Virus record (IMG/VR): IMGVR_UViG_3300048861_000262
Span: 1 to 46,600 of that record
Direction: 5' to 3' (one strand)
Source of the DNA: a virus
Taxonomy: Duplodnaviria > Caudoviricetes
DNA: 46,600 bases
In this document: piece by piece, positions 8,635 through 18,719 of the stretch
How positions within the stretch are numbered: the first letter of the stretch is position 1
Layout: every line of letters begins with the position of its first letter
The notes under the pieces: model-generated
What the model was told of the DNA's origin: nothing
Databases searched by the model: none
The model's input: the letters and a program-made list of their open reading frames with translations, nothing else
Made by a program: the position numbers and the translations under genes

Positions 8635-8844
8635 ATGTGCATGTTCGGCTCTTCCTCTACTCCCGCCGCTCCTGTTCTCCCGCCTGAACCGGCGCAGATG
8701 AAGCAGCCAGACGCCACGGCCACTACCGCCGCTGGCCGTCGTACCGAGGATCGCATTCGGTCTGGTACGAACACCATTCTTACGTCTCCCTCTGGCGTCG
8801 ATACCTCTGCGCCGACTGACAAGAAAACTCTGTTGGGCCAGTGA
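8635..8844 (+). CDS. Small conserved podophage protein preceding portal
   Basis: MC..Pro-rich N-terminus, TILT..G..KKTLLG C-terminus typical at this position. Confidence 0.75.
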   Translation: MCMFGSSSTPAAPVLPPEPAQMKQPDATATTAAGRRTEDRIRSGTNTILTSPSGVDTSAPTDKKTLLGQ

Positions 8845-8848
8845 CGGG

Positions 8849-9067
8849 ATGACGACCGAAAAGCCAACTATTGGTTCGCGCTGGAGAAATTGGAAGACTG
8901 GCGATGTCTATACCGTCGTCAGGCTCTCCTTGTTCTGCGACACAGATCACGAAGCGCGCCTGCTTGTGATCTACGAAAAAGAGAATGGCGAGAGCTTCGC
9001 CCGATCTCTGCATGAATGGGATGACGTTATGCCCGGTGGCGTTCGTCGCTTTACCGAGGTCGGATAA
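8849..9067 (+). CDS. DUF1653-like protein
   Basis: WRNWKTGDVYTV...VIYE...FARSL.EW...RF pattern. Confidence 0.65.
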   Translation: MTTEKPTIGSRWRNWKTGDVYTVVRLSLFCDTDHEARLLVIYEKENGESFARSLHEWDDVMPGGVRRFTEVG

Positions 9068-9072
9068 CGCTC

Positions 9073-10761
9073 ATGGACGGCAATGCTGCACGGTACGAGA
9101 CGCAAATCTGCTATCATCGCCGCCGCCTGGAAGAGTTGAAAACCATTCGCTCTCCTTGGGAGGCTGAATGGATACCGCTTGCGGAGCATATCGAGCCGAC
9201 GCGCCTTCGTCTTGCGTCTCGCAATGAAGGCCCGCGCTCGCGTGCCAAGATCATCGACAGCACCGGAACATTCGCCCTCAGCACGCTGAAATCAGGCATG
9301 CATTCCGGCCTCACGTCGCCAGCGCGTCCATGGTTTCGCCTGACGACGTACGATCCTGACTTGAAGGACTTCGGCCCGGTCAAGGAATACCTCGCTCAAG
9401 TCGAGCAGCGCATGCGCGAAGTGTTCCAGGCGTCGAACCTCTACAACGCGTTTCATACCGGCTACGGCGATCTCGGCCAGTTCGGCCAATCGGTCGGCAT
9501 CCTGGCCGAAGACGATACGACCATGATCCGCATGCAACAGCTTATCCATGGTCGGTTCTGGATCGCCCGCGATACAAAGGGCCGCGTTACGACGCTCTAT
9601 CGTCAATTCCGTTGGTCCGTGCAGCGCATCATTGAGCGCTTCGGCTACAAGAACGCCAGCGACCGCGTTCGGACGCTTTACGACAACAGCAACTATCAGC
9701 AGTTGTTCGATGTAAACCACGCCATTGAGCCGCGCCTTTCCCGCGATCCTGGCAAGATCGACAAGCGTAACAAGCCGTTCCTGTCAAACTATTGGATGGA
9801 CGAAAGCGGCGATGCTGGAATGCTTGAGGAAAGCGGCTTCGATGAAAATCCGATCATCGCCCCCGCCTGGGAGCTTTCCGACGATGATCATTATGGGTTG
9901 TCGCCTGCCTCTATCGTGCTTGGCGATATCAAGATGCTCCAGCACGAACAGAAGCGGAAGCTTGAGGGCATTGACAAGAAGGTGCGCCCGCCGATGACCG
10001 GCCCGGTCTCGATGCGGAATAACCCGGCTTCGCTCCTGCCGGGCGCTGTGACCTACGTTGACGATCCTACGGGCAAGGGCTTTCGCCCGTCTATGGAAGT
10101 GAAACTAGACTTGAGCGAACTGCGCGAGGATATCCGCGAGACGCAAGAGCGTATCAAGCAAGGGCTCTATGCTGACCTGTTCTTTGCCATCACGGACATG
10201 GAAGGCATACAGCCGCGCAACACTATGGAGATTTCGGAACGCAAGGAAGAGAAGCTAATCGCTCTCGGCCCTGTTCTGGAGAACGTCTATAACGGCCAGC
10301 TTGAGCCGACGATTGACCGCACATACAACATTCTGAACCGTCGCCACGAACTGCCGCCGCCGCCGCCTGAATTGCACGGCCAGCCGCTCAAGATCGAATA
10401 CACGTCGATGCTGAGCCAAGCGCAAAAGGCTGTGGCTACCGGTGCGATCGAACGAGGCTTTGCATTCGCGGGCCAGATTTCAGCGGTCAAGCCCGAAATT
10501 CTCGACAAGCTCGACGGTGACGAGGCGATTGATCAGTACTTTGACATGATCGGTGTGCCGCCCTCCATCATCCTTTCCGATGACAAGGTGAAGGCACTCC
10601 GCGATCAGCGCGCGCAGCAATTGAAACAGCAGCAGAGCGCGGAAATGATGTCGCAAATGGCTCCCGCTGCCAAGGAAGGCGCGCAGGCCGCGCAAGTCCT
10701 CGCGAGTGCCAATCAGAACCCGAACGGCAACGCGTTGCTGCAACAGCTTGGGATTGGCTGA
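9073..10761 (+). CDS. Portal (head-to-tail connector, T7/BPP-1 type)
   Basis: 562 aa; DSTGTFAL...SGLTSPARPWFRL; EEKLIALGPVLE. Confidence 0.95.
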   Translation: MDGNAARYETQICYHRRRLEELKTIRSPWEAEWIPLAEHIEPTRLRLASRNEGPRSRAKIIDSTGTFALSTLKSGMHSGLTSPARPWFRLTTYDPDLKDFGPVKEYLAQVEQRMREVFQASNLYNAFHTGYGDLGQFGQSVGILAEDDTTMIRMQQLIHGRFWIARDTKGRVTTLYRQFRWSVQRIIERFGYKNASDRVRTLYDNSNYQQLFDVNHAIEPRLSRDPGKIDKRNKPFLSNYWMDESGDAGMLEESGFDENPIIAPAWELSDDDHYGLSPASIVLGDIKMLQHEQKRKLEGIDKKVRPPMTGPVSMRNNPASLLPGAVTYVDDPTGKGFRPSMEVKLDLSELREDIRETQERIKQGLYADLFFAITDMEGIQPRNTMEISERKEEKLIALGPVLENVYNGQLEPTIDRTYNILNRRHELPPPPPELHGQPLKIEYTSMLSQAQKAVATGAIERGFAFAGQISAVKPEILDKLDGDEAIDQYFDMIGVPPSIILSDDKVKALRDQRAQQLKQQQSAEMMSQMAPAAKEGAQAAQVLASANQNPNGNALLQQLGIG

Positions 10762-11114
10762 TGAGCGATTTGATCGAACAACTTTCTCCGCTGCAAACGG
10801 TCGAACAGGCCGAAATCAATAAGGCTTTTCATGACGTGTTCAGAACGTCGGCAGGCAAGCGCGTGCTGTTCTGGATGCTTGAGCAATGCGCGATTTATCA
10901 GGACGCATTTTGCGGAGAGATGACGAGCGCGACGAATTACACGCTTGGCACGCAAGCGCCTGGCCGTCGTCTGATCGCGAAGCTCGATCAACTCAACCCT
11001 CAAATGTATCCGCAATTGTTGATGGTCATCGCGGAAATGAAGGCCATCGACAAATTGGCGGCTGAGACAATCGCCAAAAACCAAGAAGGTGAAGAACATG
11101 ACGTTGATGCTTAA
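10761..11114 (+). CDS. Bbp19-like conserved phage protein
   Basis: VFRTSAGKRVLFWML motif between portal and scaffold. Confidence 0.75.
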   Translation: MSDLIEQLSPLQTVEQAEINKAFHDVFRTSAGKRVLFWMLEQCAIYQDAFCGEMTSATNYTLGTQAPGRRLIAKLDQLNPQMYPQLLMVIAEMKAIDKLAAETIAKNQEGEEHDVDA

Positions 11115-11913
11115 TCGTATCGGTCGCCCGGCTATCGCATTCGAAGCTGAGGGCGCTGGCACTGCCGCCGCTGTTGTCGAGCCCGCTGCCGCTGCTGCTG
11201 TTGCATCGCCGGAAAGCATTCTGTTCCCGAAAGAGGGCGAGGAAAGCAAGCCTGATCTCGCTGCCGGTGACGACAAGACCGGCAAGGAGGGCGAGGGCGA
11301 AAACAAGGCCGCTGACTGGAAAGAGTACGCCAACGATCCGGCAAAGTCGGAAGCTGAGAACGCCGCCGCCAAGGCCGAACACGACAAGACGAAGCCAGCC
11401 GACGACAAGAGCAAGGACGATCCGGCGAACAAGGTTCCCGAGGACGGCAAGTATGCGCTCACGATGCCCGAGGGCGTCGAAGTCGATCAGGCGCTGCTTG
11501 ATGCGGTCGGCCCTGAATTCAAAGAACTCGGTCTGACGAACGCGCAAGCTCAGAAGCTTGCCGACAGGTTCATCAAGGTTGAACAGGATCGCGGCGCAGA
11601 TCGCATGAAGCGTTGGGGCGAGACCGTATCGGGTTGGGTTGACACTGCCAAGGCTGACAAAGACATGGGCGGCGACAAGTGGAAAGGCACGGTTTCCGAC
11701 GCTCAACGCGCTGTCAACACCATCGGCACGCCCGATCTGAAAAATTATTTGGAAGCGACTGGTGGCGGCAACCATCCAGAGCTTATCCGTTTCATGGCGA
11801 AAGTCGGGGCCATGATCAAGGAAGACAATCCGGCTGACGGCGGCGCTGGCGGGGCAAGCAAGCCTGCTGATCCGGCTCATATCCTGTTCAAGAACGACGT
11901 ACCGAAAGGTTAA
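11098..11913 (+). CDS. Capsid scaffolding protein
   Basis: Acidic; PEDGKYAL.MPEG, LGLTNAQAQKL, GNHPELIRF; upstream of capsid gene. Confidence 0.85.
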   Translation: MTLMLNRIGRPAIAFEAEGAGTAAAVVEPAAAAAVASPESILFPKEGEESKPDLAAGDDKTGKEGEGENKAADWKEYANDPAKSEAENAAAKAEHDKTKPADDKSKDDPANKVPEDGKYALTMPEGVEVDQALLDAVGPEFKELGLTNAQAQKLADRFIKVEQDRGADRMKRWGETVSGWVDTAKADKDMGGDKWKGTVSDAQRAVNTIGTPDLKNYLEATGGGNHPELIRFMAKVGAMIKEDNPADGGAGGASKPADPAHILFKNDVPKG

Positions 11914-11918
11914 ATAGA

Positions 11919-12959
11919 ATGGCAATTATCGGTAGCTTTTACCCCGGCCTGATCGACGCCTACAAGGGCTCGACCGAAGGCATGGTGATTGAACTGCTCA
12001 AGCAGAACAACCCAATTCTCGATGATGCGATTGCAACGCAGTGCAATATGGATGCTGTTCACCGGCACACCATCCGCACCGGCTATCCAACCGCCTCCTG
12101 GGGCCGTCTCTACAAGGGCGTGTCTGCCTCCAAGTCCACCATGCAACAGGTGGACGATACGACCGGCTTCCTTGAAGCCCGTTCGGAAATCGATACGCGC
12201 TTGCTCGCTCTCGCTCCCGATCCGGCCAAGGCCCGCCTCGTGGACAGCGCTCCATATCTCGAGACCATGAACCTCGAAATGGCGTCTGGTATTTTCTACC
12301 ATGACACGGCCACGTCTCCCGAGAAGTTCAAGGGCCTCGCTGCTCGCTTCAACGCCTACAATACGAACCTTGTCGATCCGGCAAAGCCGAATATCGCCAA
12401 TCAGGTCATCCCCGGCGGCGGCGCGGGCTCCGACAACACCTCGATCTGGTTCGTCACCTGGGCCGATCATGCCACGTCCTTGCTCTATCCCAAGGGTACC
12501 AAGGCGGGCGTCTCGATGGACGATAAGGGCGAGGAGCCAGTTCGCGATGTCAACGGCGCGACCTATTACGCCAAGGTGAGCATGTTCAACTGGCATATCG
12601 GCGCGTTCGTCAAGGACTACCGATATAATGCCCGTATCGCGAACATCGACGTTTCCGATCTCCTGGCCGGCACCGTCGATGTGTGGGCTCTGATGCGCAA
12701 GGCATACTACCGCCTGTTTCAGGTCTATGGCTACGGCGCGATGGGCGGCAAGACTGCCATCTATATGAACCGTCAGGTTCTCGAAATCATGGATGCGCAG
12801 TCGAGCGACCGCGCATTGCTCGCGGCAAACCCGAACTATACCGGCCTCAGTCAGTCGGTAATTGAGGGCAAGGTCGTCAAGACCTACCGCGATATTCCGA
12901 TCCGCATGACGGACGCCATCCTCAACACTGAGGCTCTCGTTCCGTCCGTCGCCATCTAA
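11919..12959 (+). CDS. Major capsid protein
   Basis: 346 aa; IELLKQNNPILDD, RTGYPTASW, IPIRMTDAILNTE (BPP-1/epsilon15-type). Confidence 0.92.
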   Translation: MAIIGSFYPGLIDAYKGSTEGMVIELLKQNNPILDDAIATQCNMDAVHRHTIRTGYPTASWGRLYKGVSASKSTMQQVDDTTGFLEARSEIDTRLLALAPDPAKARLVDSAPYLETMNLEMASGIFYHDTATSPEKFKGLAARFNAYNTNLVDPAKPNIANQVIPGGGAGSDNTSIWFVTWADHATSLLYPKGTKAGVSMDDKGEEPVRDVNGATYYAKVSMFNWHIGAFVKDYRYNARIANIDVSDLLAGTVDVWALMRKAYYRLFQVYGYGAMGGKTAIYMNRQVLEIMDAQSSDRALLAANPNYTGLSQSVIEGKVVKTYRDIPIRMTDAILNTEALVPSVAI

Positions 12960-12972
12960 CCGGAAAGCGCCT

Positions 12973-13007
12973 TATCCCGTCGCCTAATCAAGCGACGGGA
13001 TAGCTTT
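12973..13007 (+). terminator. Hairpin after capsid gene (terminator/stabiliser)
   Basis: 11-bp stem TATCCCGTCGC/GCGACGGGATA with short T tail. Confidence 0.6.
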
Positions 13008-13025
13008 AAACGAAAGGCAATTGAA

Positions 13026-13436
13026 ATGATCACCAGTCAGCAAGAACTGCTTTCCGACGCGCAGGCAATCACGGCGACGGCGGCAAGCACCAACATTATC
13101 GACCTCGGCCCGGTTCAGAACGGTATCGTTCGCGACATCGGCAAGGGAAGGCCGATCCCGCTGCTCATTCAGGTGGTTGAAGCGTTCAACAACCTGACTT
13201 CGCTCACCGTCTCCTTGCAGGTAGACGGCGACAGCGCTATCGGCTCGCCAAAAACCGTATGGTCGGAAACGATCCCGCTCGCCAATCTCACGGTTGGCCG
13301 CGTCATCGTGCCGGAATACATTACTCGCGGCACGGATGAGCGCTATTTGCGCCTCAACTATACCGTGACCGGCACCGCGCCGACGACGGGCAAGATCACG
13401 GCGGCTATCACCATGGGCAACCAGTCCAATGGTTAA
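13026..13436 (+). CDS. Capsid cement/decoration protein (Bbp16-like)
   Basis: SDAQAITATAASTNIIDLG...RYLRLNYTVTG...GKITA. Confidence 0.85.
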   Translation: MITSQQELLSDAQAITATAASTNIIDLGPVQNGIVRDIGKGRPIPLLIQVVEAFNNLTSLTVSLQVDGDSAIGSPKTVWSETIPLANLTVGRVIVPEYITRGTDERYLRLNYTVTGTAPTTGKITAAITMGNQSNG

Positions 13437-13878
13437 AGTCCGCGCTCTGACAAGAGGCTTCATCGGCGGCGTGATCCGCGAGATGGGCGAAACATTCGAG
13501 TGGCCCGAAGGCCATAAGATGGGCAGTTGGGTGAAGCCAGTCGGCGGCGCAAGCGGCGGCGATGCTGCCGCCCTGGCGTCGTCTGGAAAGGCACAGGCTG
13601 AAATTCCGGGAGACTGGAAAAGCGCCCCTGCTGCCGATCGAAAGGCCCTGGCTGCTGAACTGAGCGGTAAGGAAGTATCCGACGCCAAAGAGGCGGATAA
13701 GATCATTGAGGCGTTCAACCTCGTTGGGTCTTTTCAGTCTGCTTTCCAGGCCGCACCGTTCACCGAAACGCCCGAACCGGCCACAGTGACCGGCAACGGC
13801 ATTCAAGCCGCTCTTGGTGGCGTTGCTCCTGACTGGATCGCTCCCGCCGCACAGACTCCGCAGCCGGTTGCCGATTAA
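13429..13878 (+). CDS. Hypothetical virion-module protein
   Basis: Overlaps cement gene; VRALTRGFIGG..RE.GETFE. Confidence 0.7.
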   Translation: MVKVRALTRGFIGGVIREMGETFEWPEGHKMGSWVKPVGGASGGDAAALASSGKAQAEIPGDWKSAPAADRKALAAELSGKEVSDAKEADKIIEAFNLVGSFQSAFQAAPFTETPEPATVTGNGIQAALGGVAPDWIAPAAQTPQPVAD

Positions 13879-13980
13879 ACGGAAAATGAAGGGGCGGTAA
13901 TCCGCCTCTCGTAGAGGTACCCACGCTTGGTTAATAAAGCGAGGTCCGTGGAAGTCGGACCACCTTTTAGGGGAACGTTC

Positions 13981-14274
13981 ATGAAGCTCACCAGCCTTAA
14001 GCAGTCCTTCAAGGATTGGAACGAAGTTTCCACCTCCGAGAAAAAAGATGACTACTATCCCTGCCTTTATCTCGAAGGCGATAGCCTGGACGCCATGGGC
14101 ATCGACAATCTGCGCGTTGGGACTGAATTGCAGATGGTCGCTACCGTTCGCGTGCAGTCTGCGACGGACAACAAAGGCGGCTCGCGCTCGATGTCCTTCG
14201 AAATAATCGATGCGGCCATGGAGCCGAAGAAGGCCGATAAAGAAGCCTCTTCCATCCTCTTTCCGAACGGCTGA
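13981..14274 (+). CDS. Hypothetical head-module protein
   Basis: ATG 13981; YYPCLYL...LFP C-terminus. Confidence 0.7.
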   Translation: MKLTSLKQSFKDWNEVSTSEKKDDYYPCLYLEGDSLDAMGIDNLRVGTELQMVATVRVQSATDNKGGSRSMSFEIIDAAMEPKKADKEASSILFPNG

Positions 14275-14277
14275 CAC

Positions 14278-14634
14278 ATGGCCACGCTACTGAATTTTAA
14301 GCGCAAGATCGGTATCCGCATTGTTGCTGATGGTACGAAGATTTTCAACAATCAGCCGGTCATTGGTGTTCGTGAGGCCGCTCAAGGCGTGGCCTTTGTC
14401 GACAATCAGCTTGTGACCGGCGTCGATGTTCTGAGCGCTGATCAGCCTGTTTACAATGAGCAACCTGTTCTTGGCGCTGTGATCGTTAGCGACAACAGGG
14501 CGATTTACAACAATCAGCGCGTATTGCCCGTTTCCGGCTCTGGTGGCGGTTCTGGCTCAAACTGGATACTCGCGAATGGCGCGTGGAACGATAGCGGTTC
14601 ATGGGATGATACCGCAGCTTGGAAGGATGCCTAA
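14278..14634 (+). CDS. Hypothetical structural protein with Trp-rich C-terminus
   Basis: Internal N-x-Q-P-V-x-G repeats; WILANGAWNDSGSWDD. Confidence 0.65.
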   Translation: MATLLNFKRKIGIRIVADGTKIFNNQPVIGVREAAQGVAFVDNQLVTGVDVLSADQPVYNEQPVLGAVIVSDNRAIYNNQRVLPVSGSGGGSGSNWILANGAWNDSGSWDDTAAWKDA

Positions 14635-15440
14635 TGGCTATTGGGACAATCAGTAACGGCGATACCGGCGCGGCGGCTCGTACTAAGATCAATTCAGGTC
14701 TACAGGCGATCGATTCGACGCCAAAGAACAACGTTGCAGCTACCGTTCCCGGCGCAACGAACGACAGTTCCGCAGGCCAGGGGTATTCGGTCAATTCAAA
14801 GTGGTTTAATTCGGCGCTGGGGATCGAATACCTCTGCCGTGATGCCACGGTAGGCGCTGCCGTTTGGGTACGGCAGGACAACGCGGATTTTTACGGGTAC
14901 GTCTCTGGCCGGTACTATTGGGGTATCCTTGGACAGGTAGCAGCCGGAACGGCTAGCGGCGGAAACCAGATCAAGCTCCATCCCGTCATCATTAAAGAGC
15001 GGGTGACGATTTCGGAACTAGCGTCCCGTGTCGCCACGGCTGATGCGTCTGGCTCTGTGCAGTTCGCCGTCTATGCGACTGACCCGACAACCAAAATGCC
15101 CACGGGTGTTCCGTTAGGCAGTACGGGGTCAATCTCCACAACGCCGGTTGGGCCGATCACTGGCGCGCTTGGTGCATCGCTTACGTTGGAACCGGGCATG
15201 TACTGGTTTGCGATGAACACAAACAGCGCAACCGTCGTTTTCCAGGTTATCAATATATCATCGAATAACCTCGGGGTTCTTCTCGGCGGCACCGCTGCGC
15301 AAGTGTCATCGGCGACAACGGGCAGTATGGCGCATCTCGCAATAGCGCAGACATTCGGCACGTGGCCCGATCTTACGGCGGCATCGTTCACCATCGGCAA
15401 TTCAGGGACGTACGCCGCGATCTTCTTTAAGGTGGCGTAA
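14634..15440 (+). CDS. Putative head fibre/decoration protein
   Basis: TAATG coupling; GDTGAAARTKIN N-terminal motif; Gly/Ser/Thr-rich. Confidence 0.65.
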   Translation: MAIGTISNGDTGAAARTKINSGLQAIDSTPKNNVAATVPGATNDSSAGQGYSVNSKWFNSALGIEYLCRDATVGAAVWVRQDNADFYGYVSGRYYWGILGQVAAGTASGGNQIKLHPVIIKERVTISELASRVATADASGSVQFAVYATDPTTKMPTGVPLGSTGSISTTPVGPITGALGASLTLEPGMYWFAMNTNSATVVFQVINISSNNLGVLLGGTAAQVSSATTGSMAHLAIAQTFGTWPDLTAASFTIGNSGTYAAIFFKVA

Positions 15441-15500
15441 GAGTTTCATCCTGACAACCATGTGCGACGTACTTCTAGGCCAACTCAAAAGGTTGGCCTT

Positions 15501-16148
15501 ATGTCTTCTGTCGTCTCCATCTGCAATCTCGCCCTGTCCAATATCGGCAAGAACACCATCAACGCCCTGACTGAGGCGAGCGCTGAGGCTCGCGCATGCA
15601 ACCAGTTCTATGAGCATACGCGTGATTTGCTGTTGCAAGCTTATCCGTGGCGCTTCGCCGGCAAGACGCTTTCCATGGCGGAACTGGAGAACGATAAGCC
15701 GGGCGCGTGGCTTCACGCCTACAGCCGTCCGACTGATTGCCTCAAGGTCCGGTGGATCAGGCCGCAATATACGGCTGATCCTTCCAATATCCCTTGCGGC
15801 GATGTTTCCGGCAATCGCCATCATCATCGCCACGACGACAACGAAGAAATCAGCATTCCTTACGAGATCGAGGCGACGACCCTTTATTGCAACCTGTCGC
15901 CCGCTCTGCTGCGCTACACCTTCCGCCTGACCGATCCCACAAGGTTCTCCCCGCTCTTCACTGACGCGCTCTCTTGGAATTTGGCGGCTCGTCTCGCCAT
16001 GCCGTTGACGCGTGACCAGGGGATAAGGACACAAGCATATCAGCTTGCGCAAGTCTCACAGGCGACCGCCGCACAAGCGGATGCAAACGAGGTTCGCGAA
16101 AACTCTGATCACGAGAGCGATACCGTGAGGGCTCGTCATCATGGCTAG
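15501..16148 (+). CDS. Tail adaptor (tail tubular protein A-like)
   Basis: VSICNLALSNIG...YPWRFA...FSPLFTDALSWNLA. Confidence 0.85.
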   Translation: MSSVVSICNLALSNIGKNTINALTEASAEARACNQFYEHTRDLLLQAYPWRFAGKTLSMAELENDKPGAWLHAYSRPTDCLKVRWIRPQYTADPSNIPCGDVSGNRHHHRHDDNEEISIPYEIEATTLYCNLSPALLRYTFRLTDPTRFSPLFTDALSWNLAARLAMPLTRDQGIRTQAYQLAQVSQATAAQADANEVRENSDHESDTVRARHHG

Positions 16149-18252
16149 TCAACCGCCCCCTCCGCTTCGCGCCTATCAGCCTGCGTTCACTGCCGGGGAA
16201 TTGTCGCCAGCCCTTGGCGCTCGCGTCGATCTGTCGAAGTACGCTAGCGGCTTGCGCACGGCGCTAAACCTGTTCGTCTATCCGCATGGCGGGGCGGCAA
16301 ACCGGGCCGGGTTTGAGTTCATCCGTGAGGTGAAATTCAGTTCGGCGTTTACGCGTCTTATCCCGTTCCAATTCAATACGGAACAATCGTATATCCTTGA
16401 GTTTGGAGAGGGATATTTCCGCGTATTCCGCGATGGCGGTCTTATCCTGTCTGGCGGCGTTCCATACGAAGTTGCAACGCCTTATCCGGCCTCAGAGGTT
16501 GACGATCTCGTATTCATCCAAGAGGCGGATGTCATGTACATCTGCCATGTCAATCACCCGCCGCAAAAGCTTTCGAGGTTTGCCGACAACAATTGGACGC
16601 TGACGACAGTCACGTTTCAACCGACAATATCGCCGCCTCCTGGCGCTCCTACAGTCACAAAGCCGGGCGATACTTCCGGCGATACAGGATACACGCCAAC
16701 TGTCTATACCTATGTCGTTTCCACTATTTCAGATGCGACCGGCGAAGAAAGCTTGCCGTCTGCATCTGGATCGGTCACGAACGATTTGACCATTGACGGC
16801 GGTATCAATCGTATTGCCTGGACGGCAGTCGCGGGCGCAAGCCGGTATATCGTCTACAAGGAAGACAATGGTGTTTTTGGCTTTATTGGCGGTACTTCCG
16901 GCCTCTCATTCGATGATGAGAATATCGTTGCTGATCTTTCTGACAGCGTGCAGACAGGACGAAATCCGTTTGTCGGCGCTGGAAACTATCCGCGCTGCGC
17001 ATCGTTCATTGAGCAGCGCCTCGGCTTCGCGTCAACGGCAAACGATCCGCAAGCCGTGTGGTTGTCGCAATCAGCCAATTACGAGAATTTCGGATTTTCG
17101 TCACCGTCGAAGCCAAGCGATGCGGTGACGTTCCGCATCAAGGGGCGGCAAGTCAATGAAGTCCGTTCCTTGCTAGCAGTGCGCGGCCTGTTGCTGCTCA
17201 CGTCTGGCGCTGAATGGATCGTGACGGGCGGCTCTCAATCGGATGCTATTTCGCCGTCTGCTATCAAGATCGATAACCAGGGCTATCGCGGCGCGGCGCA
17301 AGTGCAGCCGATTGTGGTCGGTAACGTCGTCCTTTTCGCTCAACGGCTCGGCGGTGTTGTCCGTGATTTCAGTTTCGACTTTTCGCAAGATAGCTATATC
17401 GGCAAAGACCTGACTATTCTCGCGCGCCATCTGTTCGAGAACAAGGACATCAAGGCGTGGGCGTTCGCTCAAGCGCCTTACTCCATGGTTTGGGTTGTCC
17501 TCAACGATGGCTCTCTTGTCTCGCTCACCTACATGAAAGAGCAGGACGTTTGGGCATGGACGCGCCATCAAAGCGGCGCTGGTGCATTCTTCGAAGACGT
17601 TGCATGCGTCGAAGAGGGTACGGAAGACGTGCCGTATTTCCTCGTGCGCCGCACAATCAACGGTGTGACGAAGCGATATATCGAGCGGCTTCATACGCGC
17701 TTCATGCCTACCGTGTCTGACGCTTTCTTTGTGGATTGCGGCCTTAGCTACATCGGTGCGCCGGTAACGACTATTTCCGGTCTAGGCCACCTTGAAGGGC
17801 AAGCCGTCGTGGCGTTGTCAGACGGCAACGTTGTGCGCAATCTTACGGTGACGGGCGGCGCTATCACGCTTCCTAATGCGGGTTCCAAGGTGCATGTCGG
17901 CCTGCCGATGGTCTCGGCACTGCAAACGCTCGATCTCGATCTTGGACAGGTCAAAGGGCTCGGTTCGGTGCAGGGCCGCGAGAAGTCAATCAGTGAGGTC
18001 ACCTTGCGCGTCGAAGATACGCGCGGGATTTGGGTTGGTGCTTACGACGGTGATCGCGATAGCGATAAGCTCGTTGAATACAAGCAACGCAGCACTGAGG
18101 ATTGGAATGAAGCTATCCAGCTTTTTACCGGCGATATCCGCATAACTCCGCATTGGGATTGGAACACGGAAGGGAGCATGTGGGTCAAGCAATTCGATCC
18201 TCTGCCGATGACCATTCTTGCGATCATGCCTGACGTGACGTTGGGGCGTTGA
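16141..18252 (+). CDS. Tail nozzle (tail tubular protein B-like)
   Basis: FTAGELSP, RLIPFQFN, QDVWAWTRH, PLPMTILAI; 703 aa. Confidence 0.9.
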   Translation: MASQPPPPLRAYQPAFTAGELSPALGARVDLSKYASGLRTALNLFVYPHGGAANRAGFEFIREVKFSSAFTRLIPFQFNTEQSYILEFGEGYFRVFRDGGLILSGGVPYEVATPYPASEVDDLVFIQEADVMYICHVNHPPQKLSRFADNNWTLTTVTFQPTISPPPGAPTVTKPGDTSGDTGYTPTVYTYVVSTISDATGEESLPSASGSVTNDLTIDGGINRIAWTAVAGASRYIVYKEDNGVFGFIGGTSGLSFDDENIVADLSDSVQTGRNPFVGAGNYPRCASFIEQRLGFASTANDPQAVWLSQSANYENFGFSSPSKPSDAVTFRIKGRQVNEVRSLLAVRGLLLLTSGAEWIVTGGSQSDAISPSAIKIDNQGYRGAAQVQPIVVGNVVLFAQRLGGVVRDFSFDFSQDSYIGKDLTILARHLFENKDIKAWAFAQAPYSMVWVVLNDGSLVSLTYMKEQDVWAWTRHQSGAGAFFEDVACVEEGTEDVPYFLVRRTINGVTKRYIERLHTRFMPTVSDAFFVDCGLSYIGAPVTTISGLGHLEGQAVVALSDGNVVRNLTVTGGAITLPNAGSKVHVGLPMVSALQTLDLDLGQVKGLGSVQGREKSISEVTLRVEDTRGIWVGAYDGDRDSDKLVEYKQRSTEDWNEAIQLFTGDIRITPHWDWNTEGSMWVKQFDPLPMTILAIMPDVTLGR

Positions 18253-18719
18253 TGGCTGCTGATATCCAGATCGTTCCGGCCCGCGCCGCGCATCTCCGCT
18301 CAATCGCCCGTCGCATGCGTCAGGCTGACCGTGAGGAGGTTTCCGCCGCGTCTGGTCGCTCGCCTGCCGGTGCGCTTGTCTACTCGCTGCGCAAGTCTGC
18401 TGTGGCCTGGACGGTCCTTATCGACGGTCGGCCTGAATGCCTTTTCGGCGTTGGGGATGTCAATATCCTGGCCGGTGTGGGCTGTCCGTGGCTGCTCGGT
18501 ACGGATGCCGTCGAAAAGAACTATCGCGCGTTCTTGCGCGGCTCCGTTGATTGTAGGGACCAACTGTTGTCGATGTATCCGACATTGAGAAACTTTGTCG
18601 ATGCTCGCAACGTGGTTTCCATCCGCTGGCTTCGGTGGCTTGGCTTTCGGTTGCTCGATCCTGTCGAAATCAAGGGCCATGAATTTCGCTTATTTGAATT
18701 GAGGTCTGGCGATGTGTGA
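18252..18719 (+). CDS. T7 gp13-like/GNAT-fold internal virion protein
   Basis: MRQADREEV, PWLLGT, NFVDARN.VSIRWLRWLGF. Confidence 0.8.
   Translation: MAADIQIVPARAAHLRSIARRMRQADREEVSAASGRSPAGALVYSLRKSAVAWTVLIDGRPECLFGVGDVNILAGVGCPWLLGTDAVEKNYRAFLRGSVDCRDQLLSMYPTLRNFVDARNVVSIRWLRWLGFRLLDPVEIKGHEFRLFELRSGDV

Noticed and set aside
15810-15850. His-rich loop (NRHHHRHDD) in the tail adaptor
   Set aside because: Short low-complexity insertion with no further evidence of function
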